Shown here: positions 11,073-19,960 of the stretch, one piece after another
Layout of the letters: each line of letters starts with the position of its first letter
How positions within the stretch are numbered: position 1 is the first letter of the stretch
Assembly (NCBI GenBank): GCA_902622845.1
Contig: CACNRI010000004.1
Coordinates: forward strand, 82,012 to 146,011
Reading direction: 5' to 3'
DNA length: 64,000 nucleotides
Source: an uncultured SAR86 cluster bacterium
Lineage (GTDB): Bacteria > Pseudomonadota > Gammaproteobacteria > Magnimaribacterales > D2472
Position numbers and translations under genes: made by a program
The notes under the pieces: generated by a model
Told to the model about the DNA's origin: nothing
Databases searched by the model: none
The model's input: the letters and a program-made list of their open reading frames with translations, nothing else

Positions 11073-12180
11073 TTTTATCTATCATTTCTTTAAATTGCTT
11101 AAATAAACTAACTATATCTTGGGGACCTGGACTTGCTTCAGGGTGTCCTTGAAAACTAAATGCAGGCTTATCTTTAAATGAAATACCTTGAATCGATTGA
11201 TCAAAAAGTGATACATGAGAGATCTCAATATTGTTTGGCAATGAGTTCTCATTCACAGCAAAGCCATGATTTTGACTTGTTATGAATACTTCCTTAGATT
11301 TTAAAGATTGAACAGGATGATTTGCCCCATGATGACCAAATTTCATTTTTTCAGTCTTTGCACCACCTGCAAGTGCTAATAGTTGATGACCAAGGCAGAT
11401 CCCAAATATGGGAATATTTTCATTTAGCGCCCTTTTAATATTTTCAATAGCATAATCGCATGGCTCTGGATCGCCAGGTCCATTTGATAAAAAGATGCCA
11501 TCTGGATTCATGTTTAGAACCTCATCAAAAGAGGATCTTGCATTTACAACTGTTACTTTTCCAACATGCTCAGAAAGTAGTCTTAAAATATTTTTTTTAA
11601 TTCCATAGTCATATGCAACGATATGCAGCTTGCTTTTTGACTCTTTATAATCAGGCCAAACTCCCTCATTCCAAGAATAAAAATTTTTCGTAGTTACTTC
11701 TTTGGCCAAATCCATTCCCTCAAGACCATCAAAGCTTTTTGCTAAAGATATTGCTGATTCTTCATTATTTTCATCTATTGGACTAATGCATGCTTTCAAA
11801 GAGCCTTTTTCCCTCAAAATAATTGTTAACTGTCTAGTATCTATTCCAAAAATACCAATAGAATTATTTCTTACTAAGAAATTATCAAGATTTTCTTCAG
11901 ATCTATAGTTGCTTGGCTGAGAGATATAATTTCTTATAACGACTCCTTCAGCATATATATTATCTGATTCATTATCTTCAGAATTAATACCTGTATTGCC
12001 TATATGAGGATGGGTAAATGTAATAATCTGTTTGCAATAAGATGGGTCAGTTATTATTTCTTGATAGCCACTCATGGATGTATTAAAAACAATTTCGCCA
12101 ATTGCTACTTTTTTAGCTCCAATACCATGACCAACAAATGTGCTTCCATCCTCAAGTGCTAAAATGCATGGAAAAGACAC
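11056..12180 (-). CDS. carA: carbamoyl-phosphate synthase small (glutaminase) subunit
   Basis: 374 aa with the GATase catalytic site GICLGHQLL. It has a GTG start with an AAGGAG Shine-Dalgarno sequence upstream. Confidence 0.95.
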   Translation of the reverse strand: MSFPCILALEDGSTFVGHGIGAKKVAIGEIVFNTSMSGYQEIITDPSYCKQIITFTHPHIGNTGINSEDNESDNIYAEGVVIRNYISQPSNYRSEENLDNFLVRNNSIGIFGIDTRQLTIILREKGSLKACISPIDENNEESAISLAKSFDGLEGMDLAKEVTTKNFYSWNEGVWPDYKESKSKLHIVAYDYGIKKNILRLLSEHVGKVTVVNARSSFDEVLNMNPDGIFLSNGPGDPEPCDYAIENIKRALNENIPIFGICLGHQLLALAGGAKTEKMKFGHHGANHPVQSLKSKEVFITSQNHGFAVNENSLPNNIEISHVSLFDQSIQGISFKDKPAFSFQGHPEASPGPQDIVSLFKQFKEMIDKNAKKK

Positions 12181-12335
12181 TATGGTCTTCTCCTTATTGA
12201 GAAGAATTGACAGTAAAAAATAGGATAAAAAAATATTTTTTTTGGGGATTTTAATGAGCTAAAATTACATGCTGGCATTAAAATTGTACTTTACAAGGTT
12301 AATTAAAATTAGTCTATAGATATGCATCAAAAATA

Positions 12336-13106
12336 ATGAATATTTCAATAAAAAATAAAAATGATATAGAAAAACTGAGAAGTGCTGGTCAACTTGCTGC
12401 AAATGTCCTCAATATGATTACTGAACATGTTAAACCTGGAATATCTACAGGGGAACTAGATGATATTTGTCATGACTTTATTGTTAATGAGCAAAAAGCG
12501 ATTCCTGCTAATATTGGTTACAACGGCTATGAAAAAACATCATGTATAAGCGTTAATCAAGTGATTTGTCATGGCATACCTAATCAAAACAAAATCCTCA
12601 AAGATAACGATATTGTAAATATTGATGTTACAGTCCTTAAAGATGGTTGGTATGGAGATACCTCAAAAATGTTTTTAGTTGGTAAGACACAACCTCACAA
12701 TGAGAAATTAGTCTCAGTCACTCAAGAATGTTTGTACAAAGCTATTGAAATTGCAAAACCTGGTATCACCTTAGGCGACATAGGCCATGTTATCCAGTCT
12801 CATGCTGAAAAGAATCACTACAGCGTTGTTGAGGACTATTGTGGTCATGGAATTGGTAAGGTCTATCATGAAGATCCACAAGTGTTGCATTTTGGAAAAC
12901 CAGGCACAGGAATCGAGCTTGTTGAAGGAATGTGTTTTACTATTGAGCCTATGATTAATCAAGGTACAAAATACACTAAAATACTTTCGGATGGTTGGAC
13001 GGTAGAAACAAAGGATGGAAGAAATTCAGCACAGTGGGAACATACAATTGCTATTACATCAAATGGATGTGATGTCCTTACTAAAAGAGATGAAGAGAGG
13101 TTTTAG
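12336..13106 (+). CDS. map: type I methionine aminopeptidase
   Basis: 256 aa with the metal-ligand blocks ICHGIP, DIVNIDVT, YCGHGIG, FTIEP and QWEHT. Confidence 0.95.
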   Translation: MNISIKNKNDIEKLRSAGQLAANVLNMITEHVKPGISTGELDDICHDFIVNEQKAIPANIGYNGYEKTSCISVNQVICHGIPNQNKILKDNDIVNIDVTVLKDGWYGDTSKMFLVGKTQPHNEKLVSVTQECLYKAIEIAKPGITLGDIGHVIQSHAEKNHYSVVEDYCGHGIGKVYHEDPQVLHFGKPGTGIELVEGMCFTIEPMINQGTKYTKILSDGWTVETKDGRNSAQWEHTIAITSNGCDVLTKRDEERF

Positions 13107-14242
13107 TGAGTAATTTAGAACTTCTAAAAAAATTAATAAAAATTGAATCCATTAGTCCAAATGACAACGGTTGCTTTGATGTTATTAAGCAACAATTTGA
13201 TGGTTTAGATTTTTCTTTTGAAGAAATAAACTATAAAAATATTAGTAACTTAATCATCACCAACGGAGATTCAAAAAATAAAACTTTTTGTTTTTTAGGT
13301 CATACGGATGTTGTTCCTCCTGGTCCTGAAAGTGAGTGGAGTGTTCCACCTTTTTCTGGTGAGATTATTGATAATAAGATTTATGGAAGAGGAGCTGCTG
13401 ATATGAAAGGCGGTGTAGCTTGTTTTATCTCTGCTCTTAAAGAGTTTCTTTCTGAGAACAAAGATCCCTCTTTTAACATTATGGTTTTATTAAACAGTAA
13501 TGAAGAGGGTAAGTTAGAAAATGGGAAAGTTGATAGAGTGATCAATGAGATGATTGATAAAGATAAATTTATAGATTTCTGTTTAATTGGTGAGCCCAGC
13601 TCATCAAAAAAAGTTGGTGATGTTATAAGGATAGGAAGAAGAGGCTCGCTTTCAGGTAATCTTAGAGTATATGGTATTCAGGGTCATGTTGCATATCCAA
13701 AGCAAGCATTAAATCCGATCTTGGGGATGGGTAAAACATTAGAAGAACTAAAAAATATGGAATGGGATCGCGGCAATGAAAATTTTGAACCGACAAGTTT
13801 TCAGGTTTCAAATATTAAATCTGGAACAGGAGCTGAAAATGTAGTGCCTGGAGTTTTGGAAATGACTTTCAATTTTAGGTTTTCACCAGAGTCATCTCCG
13901 GATGTACTCAAGGAAAAGTTTGAGGCATTGTTAAAAAAATCAAATCTTAAATACGATGTAAGTTGGACACTTAGCGCTCTTCCATTTTTGACTTCAAAAA
14001 CTGAATTCATAGATATCGTGAAGTCATCAATTAGGGAAATAAATAATATCGATACTAAAATTGATAATGGAGGTGGCACATCTGATGGAAGATGGGTTGC
14101 ACCAATGGGATCAGAGATAGTTGAGCTTGGGCCTCTAAATAAAACCATCCATCAAATTGATGAACATGTCGATATTGAAGACCTAAGTACTTTAAAAGAA
14201 ATATATAAAAAGATACTAATTAAAGTTCATCAATCGGCTTAA
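13106..14242 (+). CDS. dapE: succinyl-diaminopimelate desuccinylase
   Basis: 378 aa of the M20 family. It is collinear with E. coli DapE blocks (GHTDVVPPG, GRGAADMKG, GEPSS, GRRGSL, GIQGHVAYP, GGTSDGR). The GTG start shares 1 nt with the map stop (TAGTG). Confidence 0.9.
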   Translation: MSNLELLKKLIKIESISPNDNGCFDVIKQQFDGLDFSFEEINYKNISNLIITNGDSKNKTFCFLGHTDVVPPGPESEWSVPPFSGEIIDNKIYGRGAADMKGGVACFISALKEFLSENKDPSFNIMVLLNSNEEGKLENGKVDRVINEMIDKDKFIDFCLIGEPSSSKKVGDVIRIGRRGSLSGNLRVYGIQGHVAYPKQALNPILGMGKTLEELKNMEWDRGNENFEPTSFQVSNIKSGTGAENVVPGVLEMTFNFRFSPESSPDVLKEKFEALLKKSNLKYDVSWTLSALPFLTSKTEFIDIVKSSIREINNIDTKIDNGGGTSDGRWVAPMGSEIVELGPLNKTIHQIDEHVDIEDLSTLKEIYKKILIKVHQSA

Positions 14243-14334
14243 ATTTTTCCTTTCTACTGTATTTTGATTTATCTTTATGAGTCTTTGGTTTATGGAATTT
14301 ATCCATATTTTTCTTAACAGGATCTCTTTTTCTA

Positions 14335-15810
14335 TTAGCTGGAACCATGCATTAATTTCTTAAGCAATGGAGTAATTAGAGCTAAAACAATACCGCATCC
14401 AATCGCCATTAAACCAACATCAGTATAAACGTCTATAAATGACTGCTTTTGAGCTAGATTATAAACTTCTCCGGAAACACCAGAACTTTCTGAAGATGTT
14501 GCTCTTGCTATCAATCCTGCTACATAATTTCCAGCTGCCGATGCAAAAAACCACATGCCCATCATAAATCCAACAATTCTCTGAGGTGATAATTTAGTTA
14601 CGGATGATAAGCCTACCGGGGAAAGACATAGCTCACCTAAAGTATGAAGTAGATAAATCACTATTATCCACACCACTCCTGTCTGTAAGCCCTCAGACGA
14701 TTTCATTCCATACACAAGCGCTAGGAAACCTAGGCCAACAAAAACAATCCCAATTGAAAACTTAATTGGAGTTGAAGGCTCCATATTTCTTTTTGCAAGA
14801 GCTATCCAAAGAAGAGCAAAAAGCGGTGCTATTGTAAAAATAAAACCTGCATTCAAGGATTGGAACATTGAAGCAGGGACTTCCCAACCAAGAATTACTC
14901 TTTCTACACCTCTATCAGTAAGTATATTTAGCGAAGATCCAGCCTGCTCAAAAAGAGCCCAGAAAATTAATGAAAATAAGATTAATATCCCAACTACTAT
15001 TAAACGGTCTCTTTCTTCTGGATCACATTTAAATAAAGCATATATCAACCAGGCTCCAATAAATATGAATCCAAATCCTCCAAGGAGTTGTCCAACGAGT
15101 TGTGAGTTTTGAACAAGAAACCATGTTGTTAAAACCATTATGATCCCAGAAATATAAGCCCAGGTCTCAAAGGTAATACCAGCTTTCCTTTCTTTATATT
15201 TTTCTGAAGGTGGTTCTGCCAATCCCTCAAGATATTTTTGTCCCCAGAGGAATATAATCAAGCCCAACAGCATTCCTATTCCAGCAGCTCCAAAGCCCCA
15301 AGCCCAACCTATTTCTTCTCCAAGATATCCGCATAGCAGAGTCGCAGTAAATGCACCGATATTGATCCCCATATAAAAGATAGTAAAACCAGAATCTCTT
15401 CTTGGATCACCCTCCTCATATAAAGCTCCAACCATTGTTGAAATATTTGGTTTTAAAAATCCTACGCCAGATACAATTAAGGCTAGGGATAAATAGAAAA
15501 TCTGTTCATTGCTCTCGACAGTCATTCCTAAATGACCAAAAACTAAAAGTATTGCACCGTAGGTAACAGCTTTTTTGGAGCCTAAGATTTGGTCAGCTAG
15601 CATCCCCCCAAAAACCGGCATTATGTATACTAATGAGGTATATGCTCCATAAATAAGGTAACTTGCAGCATCGGAGAACTCCCAGTGTTTTGTAAGATAC
15701 AAAATTAAAAGAGCTCTCATCCCATAGTAAGAAAATCTTTCCCACATTTCTGTTGCAAAGCAAACAAATAAACCTTTTGGATGACCTAATATATCTGATG
15801 AAGTATGCAT
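14335..15810 (-). CDS. proton-dependent oligopeptide transporter (POT/PTR2 family)
   Basis: 491 aa and polytopic, with the POT signature EMWERFSYYGMRALLILYL near the N-terminus. Confidence 0.88.
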   Translation of the reverse strand: MHTSSDILGHPKGLFVCFATEMWERFSYYGMRALLILYLTKHWEFSDAASYLIYGAYTSLVYIMPVFGGMLADQILGSKKAVTYGAILLVFGHLGMTVESNEQIFYLSLALIVSGVGFLKPNISTMVGALYEEGDPRRDSGFTIFYMGINIGAFTATLLCGYLGEEIGWAWGFGAAGIGMLLGLIIFLWGQKYLEGLAEPPSEKYKERKAGITFETWAYISGIIMVLTTWFLVQNSQLVGQLLGGFGFIFIGAWLIYALFKCDPEERDRLIVVGILILFSLIFWALFEQAGSSLNILTDRGVERVILGWEVPASMFQSLNAGFIFTIAPLFALLWIALAKRNMEPSTPIKFSIGIVFVGLGFLALVYGMKSSEGLQTGVVWIIVIYLLHTLGELCLSPVGLSSVTKLSPQRIVGFMMGMWFFASAAGNYVAGLIARATSSESSGVSGEVYNLAQKQSFIDVYTDVGLMAIGCGIVLALITPLLKKLMHGSS

Positions 15811-15850
15811 AATAATTTATTTTTGATAATAATTTAGTACTATACCAAAA

Positions 15851-16276
15851 ATGGAACCGACAAATAAAAAAGTTTCCCTATTAAGAATAGTTGCTGCAAC
15901 TATCTATGACTCAATTCTAATGTTAGGTGTTTGGTTTTTAGTTGGTTCACTTGCTCTAGGTGTAAAGTTTGTTTTTACTGGGGAAGTATCCTCGCTTAAT
16001 CCTTTTACTGGAATGAGTCTTGTGATTTTAAGTACATGGCTCTATTTTGCTATGTTCTGGATATATGGAGGCAAAACTTTAGGGATGTCATCATGGAAAT
16101 TAAGAATAGTTTCACAAGGTGGTAATCAAATTACAATAACCCAAACTATCATAAGATTTTTATCAAATATCTTTACCATTTCATTAGCTGGCATTCCGCT
16201 TTTCTTAAGAAGAATAAATAAAAATAATAGATCGCTTAGTGACTTATTATCTAAAACATCAATTATTTCAGATTAA
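15851..16276 (+). CDS. RDD-family small membrane protein
   Basis: 141 aa with three hydrophobic segments and an N-terminal R..A...D pattern (LRIVAATIYDSILM). It overlaps the 3' end of lptG by 4 nt in convergent orientation. Function unknown. Confidence 0.6.
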   Translation: MEPTNKKVSLLRIVAATIYDSILMLGVWFLVGSLALGVKFVFTGEVSSLNPFTGMSLVILSTWLYFAMFWIYGGKTLGMSSWKLRIVSQGGNQITITQTIIRFLSNIFTISLAGIPLFLRRINKNNRSLSDLLSKTSIISD

Positions 16277-17283
16277 ATCCTTTTATAAGTTAAATAAAAA
16301 ATTACCATAAGTAACAAATATGGCATTAGCGAAATTGCAACTATATTTGATTGAATCGTTAGGCCCATGCTGAAAAAGAACTCTTGAGTTAAATTAAAAA
16401 CAAAAGCTCCCAGAAATCCTCCAACAACATATGATCCAAAAGAATTATTTCTTTGATCCCTAAAAAATAACATTGATGCAGTTAATATTAAAAGAAGCGC
16501 TGATATTGGTAAAAGCATCCTTTTAAGGATTTCTACGATAATAAAATTCTTTTCTTTGACTTCAAGTTTTGTTTCTTCAGATCCTCTTAAATAAGTCTTC
16601 AAGCCCCCGATTGGAATATTTTTTACAGTTGATCTATCCAAATTATTATTTTTTGGAAGAAAGAATATAAATTCAGAGTTATCAATTTTGATCAATCCAT
16701 CAGAAACCTCTGCTTTTTCAGAAGAAATTATTTCTTTGACTGAGTCATTTTCATCGAGAAGAATCAATGTTGGATTTAATATTTCGGATTCCCGCTTTTG
16801 AGAATATCTCAGGATTTTATTTCCATCTTTTTTCCATGAAAACTTTATATCTAGCTTATCCCTACTGATTTGACTATTAAAAGTTTCAGCATGATTAGCT
16901 GCTTGTATAAAAAGCTTATTGTCTAGCGAAATCATTAAAAGTGAAAAGATAATTGGCCCAAGAGCAAAAATTAATGAAATTTTTATGGGAGATAACCCAT
17001 TTGAACGAATTATTGTAAGATTTCCATCTCTTTTGAAAAGACCAAGTGATATTAAGGCTCCTAACAAACAAGATCCCTGAACGTAATCCATTGAATCATG
17101 AAATAATCTATATAAGGTTGTTAAGATAAGATCATTTAAAGTGAATCCCTCATTTAAGTCCTCAGCATCACCAATGATTGAGAAAATTAAATCAAGAAAA
17201 GTAATGCCTAAAAAAACTAGTAAAGTAATTACAAAAGTCCTTACTATTATGTGTCTTGAAAAGATGCCTACTAAATTAGCCAT
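16273..17283 (-). CDS. lptG: LPS export ABC transporter permease LptG
   Basis: 336 aa with YjgP/YjgQ topology (TM bundle plus a large periplasmic loop). It is the second gene of the lptF-lptG pair divergent from pepA. Confidence 0.8.
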   Translation of the reverse strand: MANLVGIFSRHIIVRTFVITLLVFLGITFLDLIFSIIGDAEDLNEGFTLNDLILTTLYRLFHDSMDYVQGSCLLGALISLGLFKRDGNLTIIRSNGLSPIKISLIFALGPIIFSLLMISLDNKLFIQAANHAETFNSQISRDKLDIKFSWKKDGNKILRYSQKRESEILNPTLILLDENDSVKEIISSEKAEVSDGLIKIDNSEFIFFLPKNNNLDRSTVKNIPIGGLKTYLRGSEETKLEVKEKNFIIVEILKRMLLPISALLLILTASMLFFRDQRNNSFGSYVVGGFLGAFVFNLTQEFFFSMGLTIQSNIVAISLMPYLLLMVIFYLTYKRI

Positions 17284-18383
17284 AATAAAATAATTATCAA
17301 AATTGATGCCATTACAACCTTGGCAATATTAGTTTTTGTGAAAAAAATATTAGAGACCATGTCACCACGCACAAAAAGAAAAATTGACGTCAACAAAACT
17401 AAAAAGTGAACTGGCCACATACCAAAATATGCAAAAGACTTATCCTCCGATATGCCATCTCTAAAAACTATCAATGTACTGAGGTATAAAAAGAAAATTA
17501 ATAGGCCTGGGAGTAAGGAAATCATTCTACCCTGTCTTGGAGCAGAATTTGTAAGACAGACTCCTAAAATCATTAAATTTATTATCATTATTGGAACTGC
17601 AAGAGCCCACTCAAACTGGGCCTTATCTGAAAGCTCATCAATATTAAATACTCTTTCAAAAGATTCTTCTTCTGAGTCTTTTTCATTAAAATCCGTAGTC
17701 AACTTTTTGAAGGAGCTTACTAAAGAATTAGGCGAAGTAGCATCAATGAAAATCTTTCCATTTAAGAACTCAAAATCTGTTGCTCTATTTTTTTCAATTA
17801 ATTTAAGTCTTTCAGCCGAAATTATTGATATTCCATTTGCATCATCTTCAATGAAAATGCTCTGGTTAAAATAATTTTCATTTCGTGAAGAAAAGTAAAG
17901 ATATGAAGAATCTGAAATATGGCTCAGCTCATCCTCATTTAGCAATTTTAACTTTTTTTCAATGGAAGAGTAATTAAGCATTTCATCTGCCCTTTTTTCA
18001 AAATCAGGAGTCACATAAAAACTTAAAAGGAGTGAAATTACTGTTAAAGAGAGTGTTTGAAATATTAAAGACTTAACAAAAGCCATCTTTGAATATCCTG
18101 CAGACTGATAAGCATAAATTTCATGATCCATATAAAGCCTTCCTAGAGCAATTAATACTGACAGAAAGAAACTTAGCGGTATAAGCAGATTAATAAATTC
18201 AGGTGACCTTAAAATTAGGATCGATAAGATTAAATCCGACTCTAGATTTCCTGCAATTGATTTATCAAAATATCCTAATAACCTTGAGCTAGCTACAAGG
18301 ATAAATAAAATGGTTAAGCATCCTAAAAAGTTTTTAAAAACTTCAAGGTTAATGCTTTTATAAAGAATATTCTTTTTAAACAT
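17271..18383 (-). CDS. lptF: LPS export ABC transporter permease LptF
   Basis: 370 aa with YjgP/YjgQ topology. It is divergent from pepA exactly as in E. coli and Pseudomonas, and overlaps lptG by 13 nt. Confidence 0.8.
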   Translation of the reverse strand: MFKKNILYKSINLEVFKNFLGCLTILFILVASSRLLGYFDKSIAGNLESDLILSILILRSPEFINLLIPLSFFLSVLIALGRLYMDHEIYAYQSAGYSKMAFVKSLIFQTLSLTVISLLLSFYVTPDFEKRADEMLNYSSIEKKLKLLNEDELSHISDSSYLYFSSRNENYFNQSIFIEDDANGISIISAERLKLIEKNRATDFEFLNGKIFIDATSPNSLVSSFKKLTTDFNEKDSEEESFERVFNIDELSDKAQFEWALAVPIMIINLMILGVCLTNSAPRQGRMISLLPGLLIFFLYLSTLIVFRDGISEDKSFAYFGMWPVHFLVLLTSIFLFVRGDMVSNIFFTKTNIAKVVMASILIIILLWLI

Positions 18384-18445
18384 GCCTTTAATAAGTATGA
18401 TGCATTACAATAAATATATTAACAATGTTGAAATAGGAGAATTTC

Positions 18446-19945
18446 ATGAGTTACAGAGTATTAAATAGCATTTCAGTTAAAAATCTAAGCGGTAAAGAGT
18501 TTGTGAAAGATAAATCCTCTCTTTTAGTAGTCCTTGTTGATAAGTCTGCTAAAAAGAATAAATTGCTAATTCATATGGATAAAGTAACAAAGGGAGGTTT
18601 ATTTAAATCTATAAATTCCTTTGTGAAGTCAAAAGCTAAGTCTCTTAATCTTCAGAGTCCCGATGGTGTTTCATCAAAAGAAGTTCTGCTTATGAAGACT
18701 CCTGAGAAATCTAATACCTACCTATGGTTAGATCTATTTAAATCTATCTCAAAAATAGCTAATTCTCTTGGAAAACAGGACATCTCTGTTATGTTTGCAT
18801 GCAAATGTCCTGATGGGAAAGATGAAAGCTGGTTAACTGAGATTTGTTGCAGACAAATAGAAGCATCTGCATATATTTTTGGTAGCTCTAAAAATAAAAC
18901 AGTTGTAAAACCTAGTTTAAAAAAGGCTTCCATCATAGCGAGTTCTGTAACATCCTCGGCTTTGAAGAAGCTTAAAACCTCAGCTAAGGTTGGCTTTGCT
19001 GTCGGTGAAGCAATGAATGCGGCTAAGCATTTAGGCGATATGCCTGCAAATTTATGTACTCCAAGAATAATTGAAAGAAAAGTTAAAGCCTTAAAAAAAC
19101 CATTTCCAAAATTAAAGATTTCAACTTTTAATGAAAAAGACTTGGCTAAACTTAAAATGGGTTCTTTCTTAAGTGTTGGAAGAGGAAGTGATGAGCCTTC
19201 AAGAATGATGACAATTGAGCACAAAGGTGGAAAAACTGGTGAAAAACCAATTGTCTTAGTAGGTAAAGGAATAACCTTTGATACTGGCGGTATATCGTTA
19301 AAGCCATCCCCTGCAATGGATGAAATGAAATGGGATATGTGCGGAGCAGCCTCGGTGTTTGGCGTAATGATTGCTCTAGCGAGACTCAATGCAAAAGTTA
19401 ATGTTGTGGGTCTTCTTGCATGTGCTGAGAATATGCCCTCTGCTCATGCAACTAAACCTGGAGATGTTGTAACATCAATGTCGGGGCAAACAATTGAAAT
19501 CCTTAATACTGATGCAGAAGGAAGATTAGTACTTTGCGATGCTCTTACATATGTTAAGAAATATAAGCCTGCTCATGTAATCGATATAGCCACATTAACT
19601 GGAGCATGTGTGGTTGCTCTTGGTAACTATGCATCTGGTTTAATGGCAAATGATCAAAAACTTGCTGATAAGATATTGCAAGCTGGAGAAAATTCTGGCG
19701 ATAGAGCATGGCAATTACCTCTATGGGATGAATATAAATCTTGCACCAAAACAAATTTTGCTGATTTGGCAAATATTGGTGGTGCTGGTGCTGGCACTGT
19801 TACAGCAGCATGCTTTTTATCAAAGTTTACAGAAGACTATAGCTGGGCTCATTTGGATATTGCCGGAACTGCATGGGTTAAAGGCAATGAAAAAGGTGGA
19901 ACAGGAAGGCCAGTTCCTCTTCTTTGTGATTTGATTCTAAGCTAA
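18446..19945 (+). CDS. pepA: leucyl aminopeptidase (M17)
   Basis: 499 aa with VGKGITFDTGGISLKP and the NTDAEGRLVLCDAL signature. A Shine-Dalgarno sequence AGGAGA lies upstream. Confidence 0.95.
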   Translation: MSYRVLNSISVKNLSGKEFVKDKSSLLVVLVDKSAKKNKLLIHMDKVTKGGLFKSINSFVKSKAKSLNLQSPDGVSSKEVLLMKTPEKSNTYLWLDLFKSISKIANSLGKQDISVMFACKCPDGKDESWLTEICCRQIEASAYIFGSSKNKTVVKPSLKKASIIASSVTSSALKKLKTSAKVGFAVGEAMNAAKHLGDMPANLCTPRIIERKVKALKKPFPKLKISTFNEKDLAKLKMGSFLSVGRGSDEPSRMMTIEHKGGKTGEKPIVLVGKGITFDTGGISLKPSPAMDEMKWDMCGAASVFGVMIALARLNAKVNVVGLLACAENMPSAHATKPGDVVTSMSGQTIEILNTDAEGRLVLCDALTYVKKYKPAHVIDIATLTGACVVALGNYASGLMANDQKLADKILQAGENSGDRAWQLPLWDEYKSCTKTNFADLANIGGAGAGTVTAACFLSKFTEDYSWAHLDIAGTAWVKGNEKGGTGRPVPLLCDLILS

Positions 19946-19960
19946 AGAACTTTTACCTAA

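Noticed and set aside
12187-12204. An inverted repeat CTTCTC-N6-GAGAAG overlapping the carA Shine-Dalgarno sequence, a possible translational control hairpin. Also an ARG-box-like half-site at the map start (about 12333-12350).
   Set aside because: The stem is only 6-7 bp. The ARG-box match covers one half-site (TGAATATTT) and lies on the map start codon. Neither is convincing without conservation data.
14220-14306. A 28-codon lysine-rich ORF (MDKFHKPKTHKDKSKYSRKEKFKPIDEL) on the minus strand in the dapE/POT convergent spacer.
   Set aside because: It has no Shine-Dalgarno sequence, overlaps the dapE 3' end in antisense, and its composition is what A-rich DNA gives by chance. It cannot be distinguished from noise without conservation or Ribo-seq data.
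18718-19389. A 223-aa ORF antisense to pepA, unusually long for an AT-rich genome.
   Set aside because: The sense frame is unambiguously PepA (NTDAEGRLVLCDAL and related motifs). In this antisense frame a stop needs a T- or C-ending codon followed by a Tyr codon, or a T-ending codon followed by a His or Gln codon. That stretch of pepA happens to lack those combinations. The translation is S/F/I/L-rich low complexity with no start context. It is a shadow ORF.
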